Shown here in pieces: positions 11,199 through 23,899 of a stretch of DNA of 34,537 nucleotides. The DNA is taken from assembly GCF_001194135.2 (NCBI RefSeq), contig NC_068985.1, positions 125,823,267 to 125,857,803 on the forward strand, written 5' to 3'. The notes under the pieces were generated by a model that did not search any database, was not told the DNA's origin, and was given only the letters and a program-made list of their open reading frames with translations. The translations under genes and the position numbers were made by a program. The stretch's first letter is position 1. Each line of letters opens with the position of its first letter. The DNA is from Octopus bimaculoides (taxonomy: Eukaryota).

Positions 11199-11703
11199 TA
11201 TATATATATATATACCCACTCACACACCGTGTATATAAACACAGATAAAGTGGAAATATAAACAGTTAAAATCGTAATTCACATAGCAACGCTCAAAGAG
11301 CCGCAAAGCGTGTGATAGAGCGAAATGTAGATCGTCTGCTTTTAAGTGACAGATAATGTCAAAATAACTTCAACAAAACCAATCAAAGTGTTATTTAATT
11401 AATTTATTAGGTAAATAGTTAGCTAATTATCCAATTAACTGGGTATGACAGAAGTGAAATTCAACCAGTGCGTATGATTTAATGGACAACAGAACATTCG
11501 AAAAATACAAAAATATTTCTTTAAATACACAATTTCACACGTACTATTTGCAAAGCAAGCACAGAAACAAGCGTTGCATAGATATGCACACATCTACATG
11601 GGCTCACACTCATATACACAAAGGCAAGCGTACACTGTTAGACAGAAACATACCTAAACACAGCCACACAACCACACAGCCACACACGTATGTATGCATT
11701 ATA

Positions 11704-11704
<1 letters not shown>

Positions 11705-11750
<46 letters not shown>

Positions 11751-12222
11751 CTCCCTGAAAGTATTTGTTAAAATTTTCACTTTTTGGAAATATTAATAGT
11801 TTGTAATTCGTGTACTGGTGAGAACTCGAAAACAGTAATTAAACAAGTCTCTGTCTCTCTCTCTCACACACACACACACACACGTAACAAAAACCAAACC
11901 ATTAACCATGGACAGATATCTAATATATTCTTTATATTTTTGTTGTACACGTTGTCTATTGTTGCTAAAATCTTTTTGTTGTATGACAGACATACTAGTA
12001 GACACATAATGGAAATTAATTTGTATTTTACACTTGGTATTTTGCAATGCTAATATTTTTTTGTTTTCCTTTTATGATTTCGGTACATCATGCGTATGTG
12101 TGTGTGTGTGTGTGTGTGTAATATCGGTGATATTCGTTTAAGCAAGTAAACAAACCAGTGAGATGTCCTCTGACATGGCCTAAGATGTGGTCGTTAAGAC
12201 CAAACAAAACAATTAAATATAT

Positions 12223-12260
<38 letters not shown>

Positions 12261-12625
12261 CGCACACACACACACACACATACACACACGCAGGCACACA
12301 GACACACATACACACACAAACAACATGAAGCAAAACAGTCATACATACTAACAAACATACATTTATAAATAATGAATTGAACAGAATTATTACAATGGAG
12401 ACTAATCTACTGCTTTTGATACTAAATCGCGTTCCTACTACGAAGTAATTCGCATTTCTTTTCCTATAATCTTACTACTCTTGATCTTAGCTCACGCACG
12501 CACGCACACTCACTCACACACTCATATACACACACGCATACACACACACATGCACACACATACACGTACACACATACACACACACGCACACACTCACACG
12601 TACATATATACGCGCGTGCACACAT
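11705..12625. repeat. Cluster of (TG)n/(CA)n/(CT)n microsatellites
   Basis: Arrays at about 11705-11748, 11850-11885, 12093-12119, 12226-12320 and 12492-12625. Confidence 0.92.
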
Positions 12626-12805
12626 ACAATATACCGTTGAAAATTTGGGACTTAAAAGAAAACTTCATCTGTAAGATTCAAGAAAGAAATAAAATATTCA
12701 CACAACAATATATTTTTTGTATCGACTCCTTTAATGTATGTCTGCTCTGCTTAATCTTCGCATTAATGTAGATAATGTTATACATACATACATACATACA
12801 TACAT

Positions 12806-13188
12806 GTTATTGTTGGCACTCCGTCGCTTACGACGTCGAGGGTTCCAGTTGATCCGATCAACGGAACAGCCTGCTCGTGAAATTAACGTGCAAGTGGCTG
12901 AGCACTCCACAGACACGTGTACCCTTAACGTAGTTTCGGGGATATTCAGCGTGACACAGTGTGACAAGGCTGACCCTTTGAATTACAGGCACAAAAGAAA
13001 CAGGAAGTAAGAGTGAGAGAAAGTTGTGGTGGAAGAGTACAGCGGGGTTCGCCACCATCCCCTGCCGGAGCCTCGTGGAGCTTTAGGTGTTTTCGATCAA
13101 TAAACACTCACAACGCCCGGTCTGGGAATCGAAACCGCGATCCTATGACCGCGTGTCCGCTGCCCTGACCACTGGGCCATTGCGCCTC
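12806..13188 (-). mobile_element. tRNA-derived SINE family B, full length
   Basis: Head GAGGCGCAATGGCCCAGTGG (A box) and GGTTTCGATTCC (B box). Highly similar over about 385 bp to 25271-25662; CAA-type tail; flanked by (TACA)n on both sides. Confidence 0.92.
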
Positions 13189-13329
13189 GTCACTTACATA
13201 AATACATACATACATACATACATACATACATACATACATACATACAAAGACACAAATACACTCACCCACACACAAAAACAATACACACACACACAAACAC
13301 ACACACATGATACATATACATGTATATAT

Positions 13330-13615
13330 TCTTTTATTATTTTACTTGTATCAACCATTAGATTGCGGCCATGCTGGGACAGCGTCTTGATAAATCGACC
13401 CCAATACATATTTTATTGGTCTATTTTGCTGAACTGCTAAATTACGGGGACATAAACGCACTAACACACATATATATGATGGGTTTCTTCCTGTTTCCGT
13501 CTACCAAATCCATTCATAAGACTTTGGTTGACCAGAGGCTATAGTAGGACACACTTGCGCATGGTACTTCATAGTGGGACTGAACCTGGAACCATGTGGT
13601 TGGAAAGCAAACTTC
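13330..13615 (-). mobile_element. SINE family A, degraded
   Basis: Reverse complement matches the family A head (CCACATGGTTCCAGGTTCAGTCCCAC), body (GGTAGACGGAAAC) and 3' part. Confidence 0.8.
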
Positions 13616-14029
13616 ATAAGCTTACAAGCGAATATAAAATAATAATTTTGGAATTAAGATCCCGACGTACATAACTGTTAAAGATAATTGCATTTAAAGA
13701 AAGGCAGCCTCCGACATTTTCTATCAAAAATGGTCGTCCAACACAATATTTACATGCTTATTATTTGTAGCATGTGTGTGCTTCGAGACCCTTTTCCAAA
13801 AACAAAAAGAGGATTATACACACTCGCACAAATGTACACTCTCTCATGCGCGCGCGCACACACATGCACACACACATATACACGCACACACACACTCACA
13901 TATATATATGCATGTTCTCTTCTGATTTTAATCATTTATGTTCTTCCTCTGAAGATGGAGCAGTTTTTTTAAACTTGAGAAAAGTCTTGCATATTTTTAC
14001 TGTTCTACCTGCAAAATGTATTTGCAATG

Positions 14030-16050
14030 CGCAAGTTTGTTGGTTTCTTTTGTAGAAAATTCGAGCTTATCCAGATTGTCACTTAGGCATTTACTTACCA
14101 ATTATTATTGGTATAAATGTGAATTTATAATCTGGATATAGAAGCTGGAAGCTTCGAAGCAGTTGCGTATAGATGTCTTGTTCCTCTTTGATCCTCAAAG
14201 AGACATTCGCCTCAACTGGACAGCTGACCGCTATGACAGTGCGTACTTTTTCTTGCCTGTCTCAAACAACGGCATTTAGCCTGTTACGTTTGAACTTGAC
14301 AAATATTTCGGTGGGAATGTTCCACCAGTATTCCTTGTGTTGACGTTTGTATATGCATTCGATAACAGGAAGACTCTCTATATTTATTCCAGGACAGTCT
14401 GCTTTCCAAATAGCATTGTATATTGTTTTTGCGACAACGTCATGCCACACAAGGAGGTAGTAACTTGATGACATTTTTGTAAAGCTCTTAATCACATGAA
14501 TGATACCTTCCGTAGAATTATGACACGATCAACATTTTCGGTTAGATCTTGGAGCTCTGAGCACTTCACTATCTCTTCTACTTATTAGGTATTTCGTAGC
14601 AATCTTCTGTTCTTGGATTGAAATGCATAGCCTTCGAAGTTTGATGTAATGTAGCGGTCACGAGTCCAAGAGAGGCTGCACTTCATGCAATATTAGTCTT
14701 CTTCAAGTCTTTGGGAAACATACCCAAGTATAGTCATTTTTTGGTATGCCGAGAGTTTCACATCCAACATGGTGTCGGTTCAGTATTCTCTCTTTACTAC
14801 ATTTATGCACGATGTATTAAAGTTGAAATCTCTATCTTCGCTCCAGATGATTCAAGATCTTGATAGGAGACTTTCTTAAAGGTAATGTTTTCCTTCCTCA
14901 TCTTTTTGTATAATGACTATGGTTTAGAAGCAAACTTGTGATTTATACAGGCTCGTTCTAAAATTTGCCTATGATAGCGAAGATTCCTGATAGAAAAAGT
15001 TGAAAGTAGTCCTTTATATGCTATTATTTATAGTATTTATGCACTTCGGGATCTAATTCCAAAGCAGAACTATTTTATGTTCTCTTGAAAGTTTATGAAG
15101 TTTGCTTCTCAACCACATGGTTCCGGGTTCCGTATTTTAGAGTAATCAAAACCTTCCCTCAAGAGCTTGGTGGGAAGAGAAACCATTAACCATAGAGTTT
15201 TGTTAATTTATCGATAAAGTGTAAACTCATCATTCCTTTTGCATTTTATTAATCGTGGTTAACCATCGAATATGGTGGCGCAGGTTGTTGATGTTTTCTT
15301 TGAGTCTTGTTTTCCATTTAGGCTGCTTTCATTTAGTAGTTTCATTACCATGTATACTGTAGATTTCTCCTTGGCCTTCTTTAAAAGCGATAGCAGCTGT
15401 GTATATGAGAGTATTGATATTCCAGTAATTAACATCACGTGATTCTATGTGCTCTTCAACGACATCGTCGATTACTTTTCACATTAGAGCTTTCGGAGTT
15501 TTCTTAATCTGTTGATTGACAATAGTTTCGAAAAAGTAGAAAAGATTTCTATAAGTTGTGGTTTCAGGATGTTTCTAAGTTGAATATATTCCAGTTGTCT
15601 CTGTTGACTCAGCTATATTTGAAGAGGCACAAGAATTTAGTGATGGCGACAGTGGTTTGTTTACATATTTTCGACCTCTCTTCAGGCAGGTTTTGGCCAG
15701 TTAGTGTATTCAGAAGATCGATTTACATCACGGGAGCAAGCTATTTTTTTTTAAAGAAAAATCTTTGCTGCCAAAGTTGTTTTGCAGTAAATGTTCGTCT
15801 CAGTATTTTTTAACTGATTCATATATCCGATAGAAGGATCTTCACAGGCTTTTTTCATAGCATCGAAGTAGATATCGGTTTAGATGTAGGATCCAAGTAA
15901 AATTAGAGGACTACTTATGTCTTCTTGGAAAGCTTACTGCTGCTGTAGTGCTGTTTTTGTTGGTAGTGTTGTTATTCATTTCAGCTATGATAGTGTTAGC
16001 AAAATTCCATGTGATATGAGGTATATTTTTATAGTCCGGTCTGACTAACG
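14030..16050 (-). mobile_element. Second R4/Dong-like retrotransposon family; N- and C-termini retained, RT core missing
   Basis: N-terminal QPKWKTRLKENINNLR (about 15290-15330); KC*SCHNSTEGIIHVI, a CCHC-like knuckle (about 14490-14540); WWNIP...RNRLNAVV*DRQEK...VSCPVEANV...YKFTFIPIIIG, the RLE. The outer boundaries are approximate. Confidence 0.78.
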
Positions 16051-16212
16051 TTGGCAAGTAAAAGGTGTTACTCATATATATAATTAGTGAAATAATCCGA
16101 CTACTGATTTACGCTGGAAGTGTCGGCATAAATGTAGAAACAAAATGTTCAGAAAGAAATTTTAAACGATCCTCTACGTCTGTGCGTCTGGTGTCGACGG
16201 CAACAATATTCT

Positions 16213-16217
16213 GTATG

Positions 16218-16251
<34 letters not shown>

Positions 16252-16269
16252 TGTATGTATGTATGTATG
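16213..16269. repeat. (TATG)n microsatellite
   Basis: Direct inspection. Confidence 0.95.
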
Positions 16270-17539
16270 CTGAAATAAGTATGACATTAAACTGCATCCT
16301 GTAGTGAGGCTACAGGCTACAGTACGGAAGTTCTGGAGTCGTGTGAGAGCGTGGAGTCACCTCCATATTATCATTACTCTCGTGCTCATTTTAATTCAAA
16401 ATAATAGTACCCGTCAGCGTATGTATGGGTTAGATAGATTTTCCACGGGTAGAGGAAGCTCCCGTCATTTCTGAAAAAACTGTGGGGAAGGCAGCTCTTC
16501 TAGGAGAAGTATACTCTAACATAAAACTCGCAGTCAAAATAGTTGGAGTCATCTTACAATGCTTGTCATTTGAGCCCACTATGGCGACCAAGAGAGTAAC
16601 AAAAGTGTTGTACAAGCTTTTGTCACTTAAATCCGATGACGTATAGACGTCTCACTATCATTTCGTTTCTTGACCAGTTTTGTATTTTATGAAGTCCTAT
16701 TGCAGGATTAAAGCAAATCAGAACAATCCTATTGAATGTATGTATGATGGCTATCATCTGACATCATGACGCGATCATCAAGTATATCAGTATTCAGTTT
16801 TATTTCAAGATTTCTTGCCAATAGAGAAAGAGCTGGTTTCTAACCTAGATCCAAGGCTCCTTCACTGGAATTTCAACAACATCAATAGGGTATTTTTTAT
16901 GTATGTATATGTGCAGATTTGAGTGTTTTTTTATGTATGAATTTTCATGCTTATTGTTACATATCTAGACATGCTCATATATACTTAAATGATAAACTTC
17001 TGGAAAGTTTTATGTATGTATGCACTTAGGTAGGTAGGTAGGTAGGTAGGTAGGTAGGTAGGCATTTAAATGAACAACACAGACGAAATATCTATCTATC
17101 CAACAGAGTGATATAAAATGTCCATATTTCTAACATTGAAGCAAGAAATAGATAGTTTCTTTCTGCCAAGAGATAAGTAAAACATACGCTGAACTATTTT
17201 TCTGTCAACTCTATAGAATATTTAATCACAAATTTATCGGTAATCCTTTATAGACAGAAAAATCCATCAATATAAATATAAAATTAATGCATACAAAATT
17301 ATATAGAACTATTTATTCCTTTCAGATTATAAATTACTAATATTTTCTAATGTAATGTATATGTGTATTCATAAATATACTGAATATTGAATGTATATCC
17401 ATATAGACACCTTTTTTGTTTATTTTTATAAATGTTAGTTAATAAGAGAACAACGAATAATGAGAATCTTAGGATAGCATAATAAATATAGAAAATTACA
17501 TTGATACATAGTTTAGGTATTTTGAAACCATGTGTAGAA

Positions 17540-17950
17540 GCGCAGGCATGGTTGTGTGGTAATGAAGCATGCTTTTCAACCTTGTGGTTTCAGGTTCAGT
17601 CGCACTGTGTGTCACTTTGTGTAAGTGTCTTCTATAACTCCGGTCTGACCAATGACTCGTGGGTGAATTTGGTTGACGGAAACTGTACGGAATCCCATCG
17701 TATACATATGTGTGTGTGTATATGTGTCTTTCTGTCTTTGTGCTTGTGTGTGCGTTTTTGCACACTCCTTCACAGCCGGTGCTGGTTTGTTTACGATCCA
17801 TAACTTAGCAGCTCGGCAAAAGTGAACCGCGATAATAAGTACAAGACTTTAAAATAAGTAAGTCTTGGGAGCGTTTGTTCGACTAAACCGTTCAGGATGG
17901 TGCCTCAGCATGACCACAGTCCAATGACTGAAAGAAGTATAAGGCAAACG
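17540..17950 (+). mobile_element. SINE family A, near full length and diverged
   Basis: GCGCAGGCATGGTTGTGTGGT head, CAGGTTCAGTC B box, internal (TG) tract, and 3' CAGCATGACCACAGTCCAATGACTGAAA. Confidence 0.85.
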
Positions 17951-17988
17951 ATAACTATTATGTATGTGTGTGCGCGTGTTCCTATTTG

Positions 17989-17989
<1 letters not shown>

Positions 17990-18052
<63 letters not shown>

Positions 18053-18420
18053 NNNNNNNNNNNNNNNNNNNNNNNNNNNNNNNNNNNNNNNNNNNNNNNN
18101 NNNNNNNNNNNNNNNNNNNNNNNNNNNNNNNNNNNNNNNNNNNNNNNNNNNNNNNNNNNNNNNNNNNNNNNNNNNNNNNNNNNNNNNNNNNNNNNNNNNN
18201 NNNNNNNNNNNNNNNNNNNNNNNNNNNNNNNNNNNNNNNNNNNNNNNNNNNNNNNNNNNNNNNNNNNNNNNNNNNNNNNNNNNNNNNNNNNNNNNNNNNN
18301 NNNNNNNNNNNNNNNNNNNNNNNNNNNNNNNNNNNNNNNNNNNNNNNNNNNNNNNNNNNNNNNNNNNNNNNNNNNNNNNNNNNNTATATATATATATATA
18401 TATATATATACATACATACA

Positions 18421-18453
<33 letters not shown>

Positions 18454-18690
18454 TTATGAGGCAACTCTAACGAATCAAAGAGTAATAAATATACTGGGTG
18501 GCAACCTCTTACAGTCTCTTCCAATAACTCGATACATACACACACATACACAGTCTCTTTTTCTCTCTCTCTCTTTTTCTCTCCCTCTCTCTCTTTCTCT
18601 TTCTCTCTCCCTCTCTTTCTCTCCCCCCAGTCTCTCTCACACACACACAAACACAGTATGCAGACACATATACACATGCATACACATATG
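17990..18690. repeat. Compound (TC)n/(TA)n/(TACA)n microsatellite with a 332-N gap (18053-18384)
   Basis: Direct inspection. Confidence 0.95.
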
Positions 18691-18729
18691 TTGTTTGACT
18701 GAAGGCAATAATTGATCTCATGTAGTCTC

Positions 18730-20130
18730 GTTGAATACTGCCCAGAACTCTCTGTTCTTAATTTCGTATCCTTTTTCTAGAATGTTAAGCATATTCGCTA
18801 TTTGCTTTAATACAACAATCCTGGTCCATTGGTGCCTTTAGTAAGTTCATTCTATAGGAAATCTGATGAGATTTCCGACAGCAGATTATAAAGAATTCAT
18901 TATCCACTGATACTTTACCTCCACATACGAGACATTTCTCGTCCCTCTTTTATAATGCATGTATGTGGTCTGCGTTCTAACCAAGAAGCATTCACATCAT
19001 CTCTTACTACGAACTATAATCCACGGCTACACAGAATTCTCTCAACCCTTATATATAATCCCTCTATACTATCCATATCGCACTCTTTACTCAAAGTTCA
19101 CACAGGAATGTGGTGAATATGAATACATTAATTACATGTCGCCCACTACTCGATCTCACCACAAAAAAGATTACTCTGGCTCAGTGTCTGATGATGCAGT
19201 CCTTCCTCAGCCATATTATATCAAGCTTAGTGTAGCCCAAGATGCGGTTTTGTCTTCTCACTCTTCTTCCTATACGTTCAAGATCTACTTGCTGTCACCG
19301 CCATCAACACTTACCCCAAGGCAGACGATACTATCTTTCATTCCTACCTCACTTTGCACATAGAATTAAGACACTTCACACAATCTACATTGACTACAAG
19401 AAAAGAAACCATGAAAATCAACCTAAAATTAAGAAGCCTTTCCCCGATAGGATTTCGGTCAATTTTTGTCTCTTTCAACAGTAAATTAACACACTCTGCG
19501 CATAATACGAAAGCACATATATCAGATTACTCTGTCAAATATAATGGTTATTTATTCACATCGTTTTTAATTAACTGTGTATTATCTTGTAGTTTCGAAA
19601 TTTCGATGATGTATTTGTTCAGTTTTAGAGTGACATTGTAGGAAAGTGTGAGAGGCCTGATCTGACTCGTTTAAACATAAAATATTTGAACCAGATACGA
19701 CCAGTGAAAAACGTGCTACCAAAACATTCATACTTGTTGCAATTCCAAGGCGCCACTTATTACTGAAGACCTCATCAAGTGAATGCCTATCTTTAATATA
19801 CGAGTATCAGGGTCTAAATCTCATAGACTGATCTTCCTCTTCACACCCAGAAAATCCACCCTATCCACACACACGCACATATACTACCGTACAAACTCCA
19901 TAATGGAGTACCGCTCTCACACTGGGATAAGCCTGCTGCAATACACAGAACTTAGAGTGCCTTCATATAAGGATTATTCGGTACTCAAACACGCACGACC
20001 CACTTTGCCATAGATGTAATGCCTCCTCATTCTTCATTTTATACCGGAATACAGTTTCTTCTGCTCTTACGTACTCGCTTAGGCACTCGCTCTTGGCTCA
20101 ATCACTCTTTTTCTTTTCTTCGGCCATATT
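18730..20130 (+). mobile_element. Highly degraded CR1/L2-group LINE RT region, interrupted by an approximately 200-bp insert (about 19520-19725)
   Basis: SVAQDAVLS, then after a frameshift TLFFLYVQDLLAVTAINTYPKADDTIFHS, resembling GVPQGSVLSPTLF..Y.NDL...YADD (about 19225-19345). Then FVSFNSK. After the insert comes IMEYRSH, resembling MEYCSHIW (about 19900). Confidence 0.65.
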
Positions 20131-20714
20131 CTGTCTGCTTTGCATGACATAAATTATTGTGTTCAGTCCTTTATATTTGCAGAGCATTGATCTTCCTGAA
20201 ATACTGTTCTCGCTATTATATTTTCCAGTAGCCAGCTACTTGTGGTAGTGTAAGACTAATGTTAATTCTAATCAGCCTCACTAGTGACGGCGGATTTATG
20301 AAGTCACTTCTCGAATAAAGAAATATGTGTATGTGTATGTGAAGCAGGGAATAGCTAGGAAGGAGATAATGGAGGGCCAGAACATTCTTGGGAAAGGCAT
20401 AAACATCACAACACCACTTCTGCATCCAGATCCCAATGGAATTGTTAACTCGGAAGCCACTGAACAACAAAAATTCAGGCAAGGGAACCAGTTTTATCAC
20501 ATTACATTAGTGCGCAAGTTAATTTTCTATCCTAAACAATGAGTGTGTGCGTGCGTGCGCACGCGCGCATGTGTGTTCACTTTTCTAAGCTTACATAGTC
20601 AGACAAATCCACTGAGGAAAAATTTCTACTGCTGGATGTTGTTCATCTTAGTAACCATCACCTGCTTCCAAAAAAAGAACCCAATATCTTTAGAAAAAAT
20701 TCAATATTCAAATT

Positions 20715-21063
20715 GGCGCAGGAGTGGCTCTGTGGTAAGTAGTTGCTTACCAACCACATGGTTCCGGGTTCACTCCCACTGCGTGGCATTTGGGGCAAGT
20801 GTCTTTTACTATAGCCTCGGGCCGATCAAAGCCTTGTGAGTGGATTTGGTAGACGGAAACTGAAAGAAGCTCGTCGTATATATGTATATAAATGTCTGTG
20901 TGTATATATATGTTTGTGTGTCTGTGTTTGTCTCTCCAACAATGCTTGGCAACTGATACTGGTGTGTTTACGTCCCTGTAAGCTAGCGGTTCGGCAAAAG
21001 AGACCAATAGAATAAGTACTAGGCTTACGAAGAATAAGTCCCGGGGTCGATTTGCTCGACTAA
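20715..21063 (+). mobile_element. SINE family A, best-preserved copy
   Basis: A box TGGCTCTGTGGT at 20725-20736, B box GGTTCACTCC at 20767-20776, internal (TA)/(TG) tract at about 20876-20930. Confidence 0.9.
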
Positions 21064-21197
21064 AGAATGTTATCACCAACAACATGATTTCTCTAAGACA
21101 TCGCCCAGTAATCTATCAAGTTCATTTACGTATCTCTCAATACATACTGGTTCCCTCTTTCATTTTATGCCTCCTTTGTAGATTGGTAGATTTGCTA

Positions 21198-22492
21198 TTA
21201 GGTTGCCTAGAAAGTTCTTGCGGAATTTTTAATTTTGTTTTTAAACGACGTATTTTCAAATTAATTTTCATTAAATTACTTTGACTTTATATATCATTTT
21301 AAAGCCCGTTTTTTTTTTTGTTGTTTTTTTTGCTCTATCTAATCGTGTTACTCTTTTTCTTTTTGAATAATTAGGCTATTTTTTTTTCAGGAACGTTGAA
21401 TACAACATGGGGACAAAAAGCAAATTGGCACAATTTTCTTATTCCAGTTCAAGCTAGGCCGGAAAGCTACTGAAACAGCTCGCAATATCAACGATGCGCT
21501 TGGCCCAGGAACCACTAATAAACGTACAGCACAATGAACGTACAGCACAAGAAATTTCGTAGCGGTGACGAGAGTCTTGACGATGATAAGCATAGTGGTC
21601 GGCCATCGGATGTTTTCAACGATCAACTAAGAGCTTTAGTCGAAGCCAATCGACGCACAACTGTTCGAGAGCTTACTTCTGAATTAGGCGTAACGTATAC
21701 GACAATTTCCAACCACTTGAAAGAGATAGGAAAAACAAAAATACTTGAGAAATGGGTGCCGCACTAATTGAATAACAAAAAAAAAATACCGTTTTGAAGT
21801 GTCATCTTCCCTTCTTTTATGCAACAAGAACGACCCGTTTCTCGACCGGATTGTGACATGCGATGAAAAGTGGATTCTTTACGACAACCGGCGACTCTCA
21901 GCTCAGTGGCTGGACGCCGACGAAGCTCCACGGCACTTCCCGGCACCAAAAGAAGGTCATGGTGACTGTTTGGTGGTCTGCGGCCGGTCTTATCCATCAC
22001 AGCTTTTTGGATCCAGGCGAAACCATTAAGGCAGAGAAGTACTGTTAACAAATGGATGAAAAGCATAAGAAACTCCGAAAACAACAGCCAGCATTGGTCA
22101 ATAGAAAAGGACCAATTCTTCTCCACGACAACGCTCGGCCGCACGTCGCAGAACTGACCCTGCAGAAGTTAAACGAATTAGGCTACGAAACTGCCTCATC
22201 CGACATACTCACCACACCCCTCGCCTACCGACTACCACTTTTTCAAGCATCTGGTCTACTTCTTCTGTGAGAAATGTTTCAAAAACCAAGACGATGCCAA
22301 ACACGTCTTCAACGACTTCATCACCATCAGAACGCAGGATTTTTACGCTACTGGTATAAATAAACTTGTTTCGCGTTGGCAAAAGTGTGCTGATTGATGG
22401 TGTTTATTCGATAAATAAAGTTTTGTTTGAGCCTAGATATGTGCATCTGAATTTAAAGATTAAAAACCGCAAGAACTTTCTTGACAACCTAA
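21198..22492 (+). mobile_element. Full-length (1295 bp) mariner, Hsmar1/cecropia-like, with pseudogenised transposase
   Basis: 26-bp TIRs TTAGGTTG(CCT/TCA)AGAAAGTTCTTGCGG with 2 mismatches; TA at 21196-97. Motifs are WVPH, IVTCDEKW, LLHDNARPH and SPTDYHFFKH (22221). Stops and frameshifts occur from the ATG at 21407 onward. Confidence 0.95.
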
Positions 22493-23403
22493 TGGTATTT
22501 ATAATTTGATATATACGTATATATATATGAGTGTGTGTGTATGTGTGTGTGTGTGTGTACATTTTTATATATATGCCTAACACGCTTGTCCTTATATTTA
22601 CCTCTCTACCTGCTCAAGTTCAAATCTCTTGAGCACTACGAAGTTTATTCTATATAGAGAACGCCTGTCTCTAAATCTATATATCATTCACGTAGTGTGT
22701 GAATAATATCCTTAAGGTGAATATTTACCCACTTGCGACCACTTCTAGGCTTTGTCACTAACCAAATTAGATGATGCTTACATTTTTAGATTGGTCACAT
22801 CCTAAGCTACATTTTCAGCTACAATATTTGAAAATTGCTTCGGTAGAAAAAAGATCCAGCAAAATATGTGAGGTCAAAAATGAGAGAGTCCAAATGCCTT
22901 TTTTTTAAAACAAATCTATATTTTATTTTAGCTTATATGATGCACGCGCCCGCATTTTATTTATTTTTTTATTTTTCGTACATTTCCAACGAAATATTTC
23001 TTTGTATATGAAAGAAGCTGCTGCCAATGCAGTGGATCACCAACCTCTTGATTCTATTTTTTTTATCTGTTGAGAAATAGATACAAAGCTTTTCCTGAGA
23101 TATCTGGGGAAAACCATCATCTTATCAAGTCCGTTTTGGAATGCTTACTTTTATTTAATCTTTGATCACTCCAGGTTGAGAACAGCTATGATCAGTATTT
23201 CAAAGGCAACTTGTTGTTGGCCTACAATCCTTCCAGATGTGATGAAATAATTTACCAATAACACTGTGTGACAAAATTTTATTTATTTTTCTGTCTGGTC
23301 AATACGTCTTATTTCCTATATGCTTCTGTCTATAAATTAAAGGGGAGGACTACTATTCCCTCCAAACTTTGCTTTTTTGACATGGATATCAATGTTTTGA
23401 AAC

Positions 23404-23407
<4 letters not shown>

Positions 23408-23490
<83 letters not shown>
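23408..23490. repeat. (CA)n(TA)n microsatellite
   Basis: Direct inspection. Confidence 0.96.
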
Positions 23491-23493
<3 letters not shown>

Positions 23494-23899
23494 CAGAAAA
23501 TTAATCGCTGTAAAGGGAAACTTCAAATATATACAAAAGAACGGGATAAATCACGGCTGAAATGCCCAGTTGATCATGGACCTAAATAACAACAAAAAAA
23601 AAGTTTGAATTCCGCTGGAATTGAATTTGGTTTCATTCTAACAGATTCAGTGCGATAATAGTAAAGGGTCTTTAGACTGCCACTATTTCTTTTGTTGATT
23701 TATGTCAACACAAAAACCTCATTTTACTTCTACACTTATATTATCTATGTTAATGTCGGATCTGATCTGTGTCTTTATATACGAATGTTATACTAAATAT
23801 GAAGTGTGTTTTTAATGTCAATTAAAACCTCGAGCTTCATATTGTAATACTTTGTGTAAGTTAATGAGGGAAGCCGAGGCACAAACTTTCCTAGAATGT

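Noticed and set aside
15655-15690. CTGAAGA-GAGGTC-GAAA on the minus strand
   Set aside because: No stem I complementarity, and it lies inside the R4-like ORF remnant.
16790-17010. Possible unclassified interspersed repeats (also about 1980-2130, 2700-3100 and 32150-32350)
   Set aside because: They look familiar as repeats, but I found no second in-window copy, TIR pair or coding motif to support a call.
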